Shown piece after piece: positions 22,720-36,676 of a stretch of DNA of 64,000 nucleotides (the stretch's first letter is position 1; each line of letters starts with the position of its first letter). Source of the stretch: Isurus oxyrinchus. Lineage: Eukaryota. Below the pieces are notes generated by a model that made no database searches, had not been told where the DNA came from, and was given only the letters and a program-made list of their open reading frames with translations. Where the stretch lies: contig JANJGN010000041.1 of NCBI GenBank assembly GCA_026770705.1, forward strand, positions 4,216,001 through 4,280,000, written 5' to 3'. Both the position numbers and the translations under genes were made by a program.

Positions 22720-24040
22720 CCAAATACACCATCCCATTCTCTCAGTTCCTTCGATTCTGTTGCATCTGTTCTGATGATGCCACTTTCAAAAACAGTCTGA
22801 TATATCCTCCTTCTTCCTTAACCAAAGTTTTACACCCACTCTGGTTGACCTGGCGCTCAACCATGTCCGGCCCATCGCCCGCACATCCGCCCTCACACAT
22901 TCCTCTCCCTCCCAGCACCATGAAAGAGCCCGCATGTCCTCACTTAAAACCCCACCAGCCTCCAGATTCAAAGGATCATCCTCCACCATTTCTGCCAACT
23001 ACAGCATGATGCCAGCACCAAACACATCCTCCCTTCACCCCCACTAACGGCATTCCACAGGGAGCACTCCCTCCTTGACACCCTGGTCCACTGCTCCATC
23101 ACCCACTACACATCTACCCCACACATAGCACCGTCCCCTGCACCCACAGAACGTGCAGCACCTGCCCCTTTACTTCCCCTCTCCTCACTGTCCATGTGCC
23201 CAAACCCTCCTTTCAAGTGAAGCTTTTCACTAGCACTTCCCTCTATTTAGTCCACTGCATTCGTTTCTCCCAATGCCGTTTCCTCTCCATTGGTGAGAGC
23301 AAACGCAGACAGGGTGACTGCTTTGCAGAACACCTTCTGTCTGTCTGCAAGCATTACCAGACCTCCCTGCGCTTGCTATTTCAACACTCCACCCTGCTCT
23401 AATGCCAAAATGTCCGTCCTTGGCTTGCTGCATTGTTCCAGTGAAGTTCAAGGCAAACTGGAGGAACAGCACCTCCTCTTCCGAATAGGCACTTTACAGC
23501 CTTCTGGACTGAATATTGAGTTCAACAATTTTAGATCATGAATTCTCTCCTCGATCCCCACCTACTTTCCGATACTCCCCCTTTTCCCAATAATTTATAT
23601 AGATTTTTTTTTTAATTTCCCTCATATTTCCATTATTTTTAGTTGTGTTTCCATACATTGCTTTATCTCTACCTGTTATCCTTTTTTCGATTCTTCACCA
23701 CCATTAGAGCTATCTGTCATTTGCTTTTCCTGCTTTCTATCCTTAATAAGCACATTCCTTACATAATATCACCACCTTCAACACCTCTTTGTCCTTTTGT
23801 CTATGACATATTTTGGCTATCTGCACATATCACTGGCCATCTATCCAACTCCACTTGTCCCACCGACCCTTAAAAAGCCTATATTTCACATCTCTTCGAA
23901 TTTTACTTAGTCTGTTCAAGAGCCATACGGTTTCGAAACGATAACTGTATTCCTGCCGCAGATTCTGGAAACCTGCTGAGTTTTTCCAGATATTTTTCTT
24001 TTTCTTTTGGATTTCCAGCATGCACAGATTTTTTTTTTTG
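22720..24040 (+). mobile_element. 5'-truncated Penelope-like element (RT C-terminus, GIY-YIG endonuclease, 3' pseudo-LTR)
   Basis: IPFSQFLRFCCICSDD; CTHRTCSTCP; LVHCIRFSQCRFLSIGESKRR..FAEH (GIY-YIG); KLEEQHLLFRIGTLQPSGLN; pseudo-LTR-like tail at 23905-24035. Confidence 0.9.
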
Positions 24041-24529
24041 CTTTTAAGTAAGTTATTAATATCGAAATCCCGCAAGATAAGCAATTCTGCAAGATTCGTA
24101 TAATTTTTCGAACTTGTGTAATCCATTGAGACCTTTCTTGAGCATTCCGACTACATGTTAATTCCTCCAATACAGTGATTCCCTAGTTTTCCAGGGCAAC
24201 AGGCAGTGGGTGCCAAATGACATCCCCCCTGCTCCTGTATTACAGGTGTGAAAATAGAATGAATTGTGTTCCCCCCTTTCCCTGTATAATAGGATCGACA
24301 GAGGCTGAATGTCTTCCTCCTGCTCGTCTGTAGCAAACACAAGAGGGACTGAATAGCCTTCTTCTATTTCTGCAGAACTTGCTCGAGGCATTGTATACCT
24401 ATTCTATTTCAATTCTAAAATGCCCGGCGCTCAGAATGACCTTTTCCTGTTCCCGTGTAAAAGGCTGAAAGTTGCTGAATGTCTCTTAAAATCAGTCTTA
24501 ATGACTCGAGAGAAGGGACAAAAAAAATG

Positions 24530-24840
24530 CATCTGCTTTTGCTGATGATATAGACCTCAGCAGAAAGGTAAGCTGACTGGGAGAACAGAAAGGTAAGCTG
24601 AGGGGGAGATATAGAATGATGAATTAAGCTGTCAATATGATGTTAGATGGAGTGTCAGGTGTTGAAGTGTGAAGTCATTGACTTCCACCCTAATATTATG
24701 AAAGCAGTGTATAATATTTAAAAAGTGTGAAAAGCGATGGCTTGCGTGCAAAAAAATCAATTAAGAGGGCAGATGATACTTTGACATTATTTGAAAGAGG
24801 ATTGGATTAAAGGAATAAATAAATATATATATTGTTTATA
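24530..24840 (+). mobile_element. CR1 RT fragment
   Basis: tttgctgatgatatagacctc (FADD) followed by a KCEVI-like segment. Confidence 0.65.
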
Positions 24841-25109
24841 ATTAGGCAAAACGCAAGATTTGAATATAGCGCTTAGCGGCTGCAGTTGGTCCATCAGCAC
24901 TTCTATCCTACTCCACTATTCATTAAGGTCATAACTGACCTGCTAGCTCAATGGTCCTAAATTGTCCATAAACCTCCCTGCTCTACCAAATCTTTCTAAT
25001 TCTTCATTGAATAAATTCCACGACATAGCATTCATTGTTTTCCACCAGAAATCCACATAGTGACGAAACTCTGGAAAAAAAATACTGTCATCATTCACAT
25101 GTCTATGTC

Positions 25110-26590
25110 CTTATTATTCTTTTATGGTATGTTGGCATCGCTGTCTAGGGAACCAGTCACTGAGAAGGTCGTGGAGAGGTACATTCTTGAGCCATGGCTG
25201 TGCAGGTGGTGCAAACAAACCGATAGTTCAGTTAGGGAGGTAGCTCCCTTGTCTGACCCAGCGTCAATGAAGGAATGGTGATAGTGCCAAGCCAGGATGC
25301 TGAGTGGCGGCGAGGAAAACCTGCAAGTTCTGGTCTTCCATGTGCCAGCTGCTCTTGTCATTCTCAATGGCAGCTCTTCTGGATTTGGGATTTACTGTCT
25401 CAGGTAGAATGGTGTGCACCTCGGGAGAATATTGTAGCTGGTGCACAGTGCCGTCACTATTCATCGGTAGTGGAGGGAGCGCACTTTTTTTAAAGGGCTG
25501 CCAACGAAGCTTTGTGGTGGATGGTTTTGAGGTACTTGAGGGCTGTTGGAGCAGCTTTGATCCGGGAACTCCTGAGTTGCGCATTGTAGATGATGGCCAA
25601 GTATTGGGGAGTCAGGTTGTGAGTTACTTGCAGCAGATTTCCAAGCCTCTGGCCTGCTCTTGTAGCCACGGTATTTGTATGGTTAGGCCAGTTCAGTTAC
25701 TTGTTGACGGTTGTTCCTAGGAGGATGATTGAGGGGGTTTTGGCAATCAGAACATCATTGAATGTCAAGAGACGATGGTTAAATTATTTTGGAGATAAAA
25801 ACTGCTTCGTAGTTATGTGGTGTGAACGTTAATTGACACTTCTCTCCCCAAGCCTGGACAATGTCCAGACATTCCTACATTTGGGCATGGCCAGCTCAGT
25901 ATTTGAGGTGTTGCAAATGTTCTGTCCATTGAGCAATCGTCATTGAACATCCCCACTTCTGAGCGTATGGGGGAAGAAAGGTGATAGATGAAGCGGCTGA
26001 AGGTGCTGAGGACTAGGCACAATCCTGAGCATCTCCTGCAGTGACATCCTTGAATTGGGATGAATGACCTGCAACTATTACTACCATATTCATTTGTGCC
26101 AGATATGACTCCAGCCGACAGAGAGTTTTCCCATAGATTTGCCTTGACTCCAGTTATTTGAGGGTGCCTTGATGCCACAACAGAATTGATGCCACAAATC
26201 CTGCTTTGATATAAAGTGCAGTCACTGTCACGTCACATCGGGCGTTCAGCTCTTGTCTCCATATTTAGACCATGGCTGGGATGCTATTGGGAACAGAGAG
26301 AACCTTGTGGAATCCAAACTGGGCCTCAGTGAACAGAGTACTGCTGACCAGATGCCACTTGATGAGCCCTTTCATTACTGTCTTGATTATGAAATTGAGG
26401 CCGATGGGACTGTTAATCAATGCTTGGGTTTGTGCTGTGTGTTCATGTATCATGTCTCTGGGCGATTTTTCACATATTTGTGTAGATGCCAGTGTTGATC
26501 TGTACTGCAGCATCATGGGAATGGCATCATGGGTTCACAAGCCTTCAGTACAATTGCCAGAATATTCTCGGTGCCCAGCGTCTTGCAGTA
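25110..26590 (-). mobile_element. CR1/L2-group LINE family B (3' tail shared with LF-SINE-like SINE), RT fragment
   Basis: Minus-strand peptides LFTEAQFGF, VLSTFSRFIYHLSSPIRSEVGMFNDDC (FADD-like) and VHQLQYSP; 3' tail at 25110-25270. Confidence 0.8.
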
Positions 26591-27760
26591 TCCAGAGATT
26601 CAGCAGCTTCCATCTGGCGCATCATTGAGAGACTCAGACAGGCCTTGCCAAATTTTCTCTTGAATCAGTGGAAAATGAATCAAATCCTCCCTTCGATTCA
26701 CATCTTCAGAAGTCAGATCAACCTAACGAAGCACAAGGAATATCTTATCTTCATCGTTCAGACCAGGGGTACAAACAAGAAGAAGCACAACATTTATTGC
26801 TGCCATGCACTTCACAATAATGTTTATTTTCTTTACCTGAGACCCCATTATCGAAATTAGCTCATTTTGAATACGACATCCAGAGCAAATGCTCAGGAGT
26901 GTATTAGTCTTTGAGGCTTGGGACATGTCCTTGCATAATAGCGTCGAATTTAGCTCTAATGTCAATTAATCCAAGAAATGATCCATTGTTGTGTTCATAA
27001 CGTCTTGCATGTATTCAACGAAATTCTGAGTTATGAACAAGTAAGCGCTGAACGACGGCTATAATGCCTCTCAATGTTGATTGTCATTTTTCTTCACCTT
27101 GTTTATTTATCTCTGTGCTTAGTCATCCAGTGCCTTCATTTATGGGAATTTTCGCTTTGTTTCAGTCCATTGTGTTGCGTTTCTAAAATGTTCCATTGAC
27201 AATTCGATGACACTGCAAACTTTCATTGAGATGTTTCCAGGCACTGCAACATTCCTTTCATAATTTCTGAGGCGTACAATTTGCAGCAGGATCAAAAAGC
27301 CGCATTGGCGATTTTTCATGTACACCAGGCAATTTGTTTCAAACTTTTCCCAGTTTGACATTTCCAGTGAGGTTAAGTCTTCTGAACAGTTTCGTTGTCA
27401 CCGTTGTTTGGAAAGACATAGACGCTGCCCATTATTTTCACAGCCCCTTCCTCAATGTAATGTCTATCGTCGTCTTGTTGAATAAATCTGGCCAATTTGC
27501 TGGACCATATATTACTCCTTTACTGGTAAGCCCGGGGAAAAAATCTGTATTTCATCAACCTGTTTATGTTTTGCACTTGTGTCCTCTTCCTTGGCTGCGG
27601 TGGTACATTCGATGGAGTGCATTAATTCATTATTTTGCAGATTTGCCGAAAACTTTTCAAAGGCTTCTAGTTTTCCGAAAAACATTTTCGGCTCTTTTCA
27701 TTCTCTGGTATTTTTGTCTGTGGTTTCTGCGGACCTGAGCAATATTGCCCCCGTTTTCCC
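26590..27760 (-). mobile_element. Decayed hAT (Tip100/ZMYM1-like) DNA transposase remnant
   Basis: Frameshifted minus-strand translation: GPANWP..CLVY..CCKLY..WKHLNESLQCH..SMEH..W (TTF zinc finger), then IIAVVQRL..FR..HNNGSFLGLID..FD..RIQNELISIM..LVCTPG (LDCTPD-like)..LVLR*VD. Confidence 0.8.
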
Positions 27761-27959
27761 TGTCTCTGGTGGTGCTAACGTTTGAATCCTAAATACGAAT
27801 AGGCCCGCTCATTTATGTCACATAAACAGACACATTTCGAACTTACCCAGAAATGAAAGGTCGCCTGCATTCGCAGATCATCCAGTGCAGTCCATATCCC
27901 GCCCTCCAAGCGCGGTGCCAGGCGCATTCGCTACAATTTTCCATACCCAAGGCACAGCT

Positions 27960-28600
27960 CTGTCTACCACACTCTAACATCGAAGCACATGCACCTTGGT
28001 CCCACCATTCTATCACATTCTTTAGGACAGTGACATTTTGAGTCTATTTCCCCTCAGTACCCCTTCTGCCAACTTGTATTATTTTACATTGCAATACATT
28101 AAATTGCATCTGCTAACCCCCTGCCGATTCTGCTCGTCTCTACATGTCCTATTGCAACGGCATCCTATCATTCTGACTGGTTAACGTCCACCCCACCATG
28201 TATGCACCACTAACACATTTTGAGACGTTGTGCTGTAATCCAAGATACAACTGGTTTATATCGAGCAAAAACTATAACAAAGCCAGATTTGTGTGGAAAG
28301 TCATTTACTACCATCATGCAGACTGAAGCAAAGCAATGACAAATAGTTTCTGTTCTCTGTGCATTACCGAAATAGGTGCATTTGGAAAGCGACCCCTCCC
28401 CCTCCCACAACCCGCGCCTCTATCCTCCTTAATGAGTCTAAATGTTCTTTAGGAGCCTTATCTGCGATACGTTGTCAATTAATATCTCAACATCCACTTC
28501 ACCATGTATTCTCCGCATTAATCTTCTCGGCTGTGATATCAAAATTCAACTAGTTTGTTCAAGCACGTTCTTAGTTTAAGGCATCGCATTACAAACCAGA
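27960..28600 (-). mobile_element. Decayed CR1 RT fragment
   Basis: attttacattgcaatacattaaattgcatctgc is the reverse complement of the WQMQFNVxKCK region. Confidence 0.65.
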
Positions 28601-29124
28601 GATCATTCTTAATTAAACCCAACAGTCTCCAATTCCTGGCTCTTCTCTTGGGATTCAGGGCAGGTGTAATTATTCTTTTAGTGCTGCAGCTGAGCAGTGA
28701 GAGCAGAGATTTAGAGAGAGCGGGGAGCTGAGCACGAACAGGTGATGTTTTTTTTAAAAAAGAGGGGGCGTTGAGGCGCCAGGGCAGAAACGTAAAAAGA
28801 GCAGGAGCTGAGCTACCAGATGAGACATTTAAAAGCATCCAGCGAGATATTCAGAGCAGGGATTAGAAAGTGGCTGCTCCCGAATAACAGAATTAAAAAT
28901 ATTGGGAGCTTTATTATCAAAACACAGACTGGAAAGTAAAAAGGCGATCTCCTCCCAAAGCAGAGATTTATAAAAGTGCGGGAGCTAAATAGGTAGAGCA
29001 TAGTATCATAAGAAGAAGGAAGTATTGTCTCGGACATTGATTTGGCTATCGTAGTACAGAGCTGTCAGGCTGGAGAAATGGGAACCGCAGTAGCTGTGCA
29101 GCCACAGAGACAATGATAATTTAT

Positions 29125-30075
29125 CATTATTCATTAAGAGGGTTTTGGCGTCAATCGCTCGCACAGCATTTATTGCCTAGACGTACCTTGAGAAAATGGT
29201 GGTTAGCTGCCTTTTTGAATTGCAGCAGGTAACCCTACGTCAATAGTGCTCATAGGGAGGCAGTTCCTGGAATTTGACCCAACGACAATGATGGAACAGG
29301 GATATATTTTCAAATCAGGCTGGTGAGTAACTTGGAGTGGAACTTCCAGATCGTTGTGTTCCCATGCAGCTGTTGCCCATTATCGTTCTAGATGGTTGCA
29401 GTCAAGGGTTTGGACTGTAATGGCTAAGATGACCTCGAGAAATCATGCAGTGCACCTTGCAGATAGTACACATTGGTGTTATTGTTCGTTGGTGGTAGAG
29501 GGAGTCTACGTTTATTAACGTGGTGTCAATCAAAGGCTGATTTGTCCCAGATGCTGCCATGATTCTTGACTGCACGCAACCAAGCAAGTGGAGAGTACAC
29601 CATCACAATCCTACCTTGTGCTTTGCAGATGGTGGAAAGGATTCGGGGAGTCAGGAGGTTGTTACTCGCCACAGGATTCGTTGCCTCTGAACTGCAGTTG
29701 CAGGCGTTGTGTTTAGATCGCCAATCCAGTTCTGCTTCTGGTCAATGATATCCCTTATAATGCTGATAGTGCGGCTTTCGGCGATGGTAATAACGGTGAA
29801 TGTTACTGGGCGATGGTTTGATTTTCTCTTGTGGAGATAGACATTGCATTTTACTTTTATCGTGTGAATTTCCTTAGCCACTTGTCAGCATGAGCCTGAA
29901 CATGTTGCATTTGGCCATGGACAACCTCATTACCTCAGGAGGCACCAGTGGTGTTGAGAATTGCGCAATCATCAGTGAACATCGCGATTTCCGTCCTTAA
30001 GATGGCGAGAAGGACATTGATGAGGGAGCTAAACATCGTTAAACCTCGGAAACGACCCTGATGAACTCCGGTTCC
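29125..30075 (-). mobile_element. LINE family B 3' fragment
   Basis: Same 3' tail as 25110 (ttattcatt..cagcatttattgcc..cttgagaa..gtggt..agctgcct); RT remnants out to ~30070. Confidence 0.8.
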
Positions 30076-31665
30076 CTGAGGAAATAAAAGGACTGGGAGC
30101 TGAACAGTCTGGGTGTATATTTAGAAAGTGCAGGTGCCGATAGGCCAGAGCAAACATTTTGAAAAGAGTGCTAGCTGAGCCGGCAGTGTGGGCAATTAAT
30201 ATTTCAGGCCCTAAGCAGACAGGGCAAAGATATCAGAAACACTGTAGCTGCTCGAAAAGACGGATCATGTATGTTTTGCCAAAAGAGGAATTAAATATTG
30301 ACAATAAATGCTTTTCTTGCGAGCTTTGCCCCTCATGCCATCACTGAAACTGTCTTGCTTTTAGGGTTCAGTTCTTGAAGGACAGTGGTTGTATTTTTTC
30401 TATTTAATGCATCTTTAATTGGCAGTTTTACTGGCCAATCATTTTAACGGGTGATTAGGGTGGTTATTTAGTAATGATCAAGACGATTTTGGAGTTGTAT
30501 CTGAGAAAAGCGAATGACCCAGGTAACAGGGAGAACCCGGAGGAGTGGCTGCCGGCTGCATCTTCCTAAAGATGTACAATAAGGAAAGGATGGGTCAATT
30601 GGTCTGCTTCTGTGCTGAGGCCCGTCTATGGTTGCATTCTACGAACGGCATTTTAGTTAAGTACATGATAAGAATACACAATGAAAAGAATTGCAAAACA
30701 AATTTTCACATTTTATATGCGTAGGTATACAAAGAAGGAAGTTGACGGTAGGTGGATGTGTGATCAGACGTTTCTTGGCTGGGACATCGTGCTGATATTT
30801 GGCTGAACTGTCACTCACTATATTGATGAATGATATCAAGATAAACATGTTAAAATAATCGGGAATTATGACAACAGCCATTTGGTGGCTGTGTGTGTGA
30901 AAGGACAAGTTAACATGAAACAGATAGTTTTGTGAAGGAGCATTCGTGGAGTAAGTAGCCCCGTTAATCGTGAAAACTTAGGTAGGACCTATCTGCGCCT
31001 TCAAATGAATTGCAGATAAATCGAATTTAGAATATTTGAATCCAAGATATGGAGCCAGCTCGCAGCCCGATGGATCATGGGAATGAGTGATCAATTCCAT
31101 CAATACCCGTCCTTTCACAAAACACGTGAGCACCTGGCCTTCCTTGTTGAAATCATGTGAGGTTTATGGAACTCTGAGAAGCAGCTTATTGTGCAACAGT
31201 CCCATATTTGGAGGGTGCCAGACTTAATGAAACATGTTATGAAAATTCCCCCTGGGTACCATTTGCTCCACAGGAGACGTTGTAGGAAATTTGTGACGTT
31301 TGTCTATGTTACATTTGTCGAGTTAACATGATACAATTGGTGATGTTTGGGGTGTTCTATTGTCGATCAGAACAAATGTTCCAATGAACACAAGGCTGTC
31401 AGACTCTGGCATCACCATTCACCCTTTCAAACACTGCAACGCTAACCGTGGCTGCTCAGTAATTTTATCATTATTTGTATTATTATTATCACAACTTACA
31501 ATTCACCATTGATTACATTATACTGTGAAAATGAGTTCAATTTGACATTATATAATAAAAGAGCATTTTAGTAGGATATATTATCCAGAGTGCTTAAACG
31601 TTGTTTCAAGCATTTTGCAAACATGATTTCTTTCAGGGCACACCGTTTTTGTCCCCCTGTAAAGG

Positions 31666-32570
31666 TCAGTGGGTTTTCAGCAGTAATTTGCCAAATTTTA
31701 GGCACAGTTTCACAAGGTACTGCATTCCACTCTTCAGCTCCTCCCTAAACCTAGCTTGTGTCAGCACATAAATGAATGTATTTGTGCAGGAGCTGAGGGA
31801 CCCAAGCATGAATCCAATTGACTCAAGCTCATTTGTGCCAGAATTCGATGTGATTTTTACATGCAGAGAGATAAAATATATAACCGATGTGGTCCAGAGC
31901 ACTATAAAGCTGCCAGTAATACTGAAGAGTAAAATAATGGACTTTCTTCGGCTTTCTATTTCAGAGTCCTTCTGATGTTCTCCATTGATGCAACCACGGA
32001 GACCCCTGCGAACTTTACTAGCCACCAAAATATGTCTTGCCGTCAAAACATTTAGTGACAAAATTAGAAAGAATGGAACACCTGGGGTCAAGGTAAGGGT
32101 AAACAAGGCAAATGCGGCCCATTCAGCAGAAATGAAAAATGTCTGTTTTAGTAAACAACCATGATTTACATTGTCCATTATATATGCAGGTTCATATGCA
32201 AAGTACCAGGGAATGTTTATCAAACAACTCAGTACACTCACCACTGATATGACAGCTACCGCTGTTGTCTCCGTGCAATATTTTTTTCGCAGCTTCTTAC
32301 AACATATGACCACAAAACGATCGAAGGTGAACACGACTGTTAACCAGAAAGAGGCTGATATTGCTACATTAATCAGTGTCACAGTTAGATAGCACACCGT
32401 GCTCGTGGTCAAGAATGAAACAGGGAAATAAATATTCAGCGTATTCTTCAGCATGACTTCAGCACAAACAACCAGGAGATCCATCGCGGACATGGCAATC
32501 ATATAGTGGGTAATACATTTGGAGAGGCCACATTTTCCTCGGGAAAGAATCACAATCGTAACAACATTAA
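31666..32570 (-). CDS. Exon 2 of a class A orphan GPCR, GPR139/GPR142-related (TM1 C-terminal half to stop)
   Basis: Open frame of 905 nt; acceptor tctcttacag ends at 32571; TM1 N, TM2 SAMD, TM3 C and TFDRF, TM4 P, ECL2 GC, TM5 PxVPF, TM6 FIVLW, TM7 NTFIY, helix 8 RFREEL; TGA at 31668-31666. Confidence 0.95.
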
Positions 32571-35500
32571 CTGTAAGAGAGGGATAGAGAGTGCAGGAGG
32601 TTGATGGCACAGATGAACATGATTAATTTTCTTCCTGTTGCAGCAAGGAATCTTGCATTTGACCCAAATATGCAGAGTTTGCATTTCGAGGCGAGCATGT
32701 TCTAAATGTAAACTGGACCTAGTGAAAGTGTATAGGGAAGAGAAACATCAGTTTATATTTTATCTTTTGATAGGAACATCTTCAACATAAACCTGCCAAC
32801 TGTTGTAGAGAAAAGGATTGAGATTGCTGAATGCAAATGGGAACTGGACAATTTGAAAGCACACAAGTGGCTGGGCATGGTGAATATTGTAGGGTAAATG
32901 GGAGGTGTAAAGATTGAATTCATGTGTGCTGTTACAATGGGAAGTGGCAAATGAATGCACAAAATAGAATCTGGGCCAAGTAGAGTTATACTCTGGAAGA
33001 CGTGGTGGTGCAATGCGAGGTCTATACATGTGCAAAGTACTGGGAAGGATTGCAGTGCTACAGGACTTACAGCTTGAAGGTAAAACATTGCCCAGGGCCA
33101 CGAATATAACCTGAAAGATGGACGGTAAAAACACAGGGCAAAGAATGTTCACTGAACTACATAAAAGAACAGCATAGACAAGGCCGAATGCCAGTTTGCA
33201 CAGGAGTTATCACAGTGGCGGTACAATGACAATCAGTACAAAGTGACATTCTTATGCAGGCTCCCAGGGAGAAGTGTTATTCGGGGATGAGAGCTGATCA
33301 GTCATGTGTTTTAAGTCAGACTGAGTAACGTGAGATTGATATGCTGGCTGGGCAATTTGCAGGATTATTTCAGGTGAATGCATCGCTGATTCATTGCAGA
33401 AAGAGTGAAGCAACATTGCTATGCAGACTGGGTGCAGTCAGTGCTGATCAAGAAGGCATTTTAATGTCTGACTGGGAACGGTGACATTGCTATCAGAGTG
33501 AGTGGGCAATATTTATTGGCCATAGGGGAGAGTAGACAGGACAGCTTTTCCATTAACTGATCAGCTGCAGAACAAATCACTTTGTTGCCGAAAGGGCAGA
33601 ACGGAGTCACTTGTGTCTCAAGCACAGCATCCGTACGAAGCGATTTGAAATGTGAAGCTGAAAATTGATTTTTCTTGGCATGAAGTGCAAAGACCGTGAT
33701 AAAGATTGACCGTGACGGGCACATCGATTTGAGTCCGTAGACTAATATATGTTCAGAAAAGTGAAATTACGAATTGTCGATGACCTGACGATAAAGACCT
33801 AACTGCTAACACACTGATGTTTAAATTAATTTTCTGTACAGCTTATTTCATTTCAGATTGGCCAGGCTTATGCAACCCATGACTTCTAGCATTATTTGTT
33901 AAAATGCATATATCTTTTTTCAAAATGCAGCATTTTTTAGTGAATTAGCGAAGTTATTCAATGCTGCATTATTATACAGAAATTTAACTTAAAACACATA
34001 TACTGATAACTGATGAAATTAAATGATCTATCAAAGTCAAGCCAAATTGATGTGTGCCTCAGTTAATCACGGTTGCATCATGATTGCTTACTTACTAAAT
34101 GATTGCTCACTGTTGCTTACTTACTAAACGTCCATTTGAATTTTGAAGAATAGATTTTCAAAGTGAATCTCAATGAACTGATTTGTCGCAGCCACATATG
34201 TAATAATTTGACACGCACTTTTATTAAATTATTATCAGTATTTCGAATCAAATTAAATGCCTCTAGCCTGAATTTTCATCGAAAGTAGGTAACCGGCTCG
34301 CTGCCGTAATTTGTTTGTCGCTGTGGTTGCTATGCTATAGGATAGGATGTCAAGGCTCTGGCAAAGGTGCAGAATAGCTTTCCGATTGAATTCTCCGATT
34401 AGATCAGGGAGGCACAGATTAGGGAATGTAAACTGCTCATTCCCAAAATAATGGTATGAGTAGATAGAGAGTACCAACTGTTTTCAAGGCTATGCTATAT
34501 GGTGCAGACTGAACATAGAGTTTTCGCAAAGTTGAATTCAGGGAAACAACAGTGCATTGAAAGGCTATAAACGGGGTGGAGAAATAAAATTTTGAATCAT
34601 ATGAATTCAGTAATTGCTGGTTAATGATTTAGATGAACTTTGAAAGAAGTAAGGCGAAATAGTCGGATAAATATAAGCAGCTTTTTACATTTTTGGAAAG
34701 ATTGCAATTTGGCAATTTTAACCACACACGCAAAAAAAATCTATTTGCGTTACATAAACAGTCCAGTTGGCAGCCTTTGAGTCACAATTCTCGAACTCGA
34801 ATGCCATCATCAAACATTGATTGACTTAATGGAGCTGTTAAATATAATCACAAACAGCTTTGAAAATGCCAGGCAATGGATAATAAATAAAGTTTGAGTT
34901 TCTCTTGACTTTGTAGACTGCACTGGAAAGGGTGGAGTCATTAGAATTCAAAGCTATTTTGACACAATTGCAGTTTAAAATATGTCTCAAAATGAAACTT
35001 GACCTTCATGTACCCGATACCTGTTATTATTTGAGTAAACCTAATATATCTATTCCTACAATGACAAGCATTTAAACTGAGACACATAATTATCCGTGTG
35101 CTATTGTGATCTATACAAAGACTGTTCGTTAAGTTATCAACACTTGAAACTGTACTGGCGAGCACTGTAAATAAGGAAACCGTTTAACAAATACAGTAAT
35201 TTAACCAATTGTATAATAAAGCAGCCAATGTTTGAACAAATAAATTATCAAAAGTATTATCCAATAACTTTTCAGTACATTTCTAGAATTTTCTTCCGAA
35301 TTAAACGTTGAAATGCCCCAGGAATTAACCATCCAATATATACCGAATGAAATAGTGATGCATCCAAAACATTGTCCGCTATTTAGCTAGCAAATTAAGT
35401 ACACAGTCATTAAATATATTATCAACATTATTCCCTGCTAAATAAACTAGAGAAATGAACATGTATATATGCTGCAGATATACCCATTGCTCTCTGCAAA

Positions 35501-35950
35501 TGGAATCTGCTTCAGACCTGCTTTGCTGCTTGGGAACAGTAACATGGAGCAGGTGCAGTGCACTTTGCTTTATGTGCCTCTTGGTGTCGTTACTCCAAAC
35601 ACCCATTTCTGAAGAACTACAGAGCGATGGAGCTTCCTCCCCGGTCCCAAATCCATATCACCTTAACAACAATGTTCTATTCGCAATGTAAGTACAAAGT
35701 AACACTTTCCAAGGCATCTTTTGCATGCAAAACAGATCCTTAAGGGCACATTCATTTCAGTGAATTTGTGAATGTTGTGGCGAACGCACCAGCGAGTCTG
35801 ATGCACTGAATCGCGTTTGTCCTTACGATGCATTGCTGAAGGCTCGATAGCAGCAGTTACACTCGAGATGTGAGACAAATCGTGCGGTGCGGGTTCAAAA
35901 CGCTAATCGTGATTTAAGATCATAAAGAAACATGACAATAAGTCGACAGC

Positions 35951-36676
35951 GGCCTGGATTTTACGTTATTCGGCAGCGTGAGATTGCAGAAATATAAAAT
36001 TAGCCCTTTTCCCACTCACCTTCCCTTAGACCATCTCCTGCTCCACAATTCATTAAATTCCCACTGTGAGGAGGCATTGAGTGATACAAAATGGGCTCCC
36101 CATCCAATCTGCAGTGAAAGCCTGAACATTGTGAGGCAGAGTGTAATGCTGTGAACAGAAGGTCAGCATGGCTGCAACTCAAGACCACCTGCTCTTAGAA
36201 ACTGTTTTTCCAAAAGATGTTTTTTTTTATTGAAAGCTCAGGCAAGAAACAAAAAAAGGGAAAAGTAAACATGAAGGCGCCGCCACCTTCCCCAGCACAA
36301 TCTGTTGCTAAATTTAGTCATGGCCCCAGAGGCACAACCTCTCTTCCACGTCATTTTCGTCTCATGGTAGCTGCCCAGAAACATTTTTCTTCTCGCTCGT
36401 CTGGGCCACAGTAAGTGCAAAGCACGAATCAAGAAAGCATACAATTGTGCTTTCCTCAAACTCAATACCTTGTTAATTACTAACTTGTAAAAGGTGGGCC
36501 CGCCCCTTCTCCATCTGCAACTGGGAGATTCATGGAGCTGACGTCATAATGCCCAATGCAGGTCATTGATCTCTGTACGGATTTGGCATTTTGAGGGGTG
36601 TGGGTGGTGGGGTGTGGGGGTTTTGGGGGGTTATGGGGGGGTGAGTGGGTGCGATTTGCGGACGAAAATTCCAGCC
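35951..36676. mobile_element. MITE-type terminal inverted repeat remnants (possibly PIF/Harbinger-like)
   Basis: GGCCTGGATTTTAC at 35951 is inverted relative to TAAAATTAGCCC (~35995-36006) and CGAAAATTCCAGCC (36663-36676). Confidence 0.4.

Noticed and set aside
32571-32610. N-terminus MPSTSCTLYPSLT given by the ORF track for the GPCR
   Set aside because: It is the intron polypyrimidine tract and acceptor; the true TM1 start is in exon 1 at 39931-39862.
34081-34130. Short direct duplication ttgcttacttactaaa (similar ones at ~24560 and ~26170)
   Set aside because: Ordinary slippage or repair micro-duplications with no further structure.
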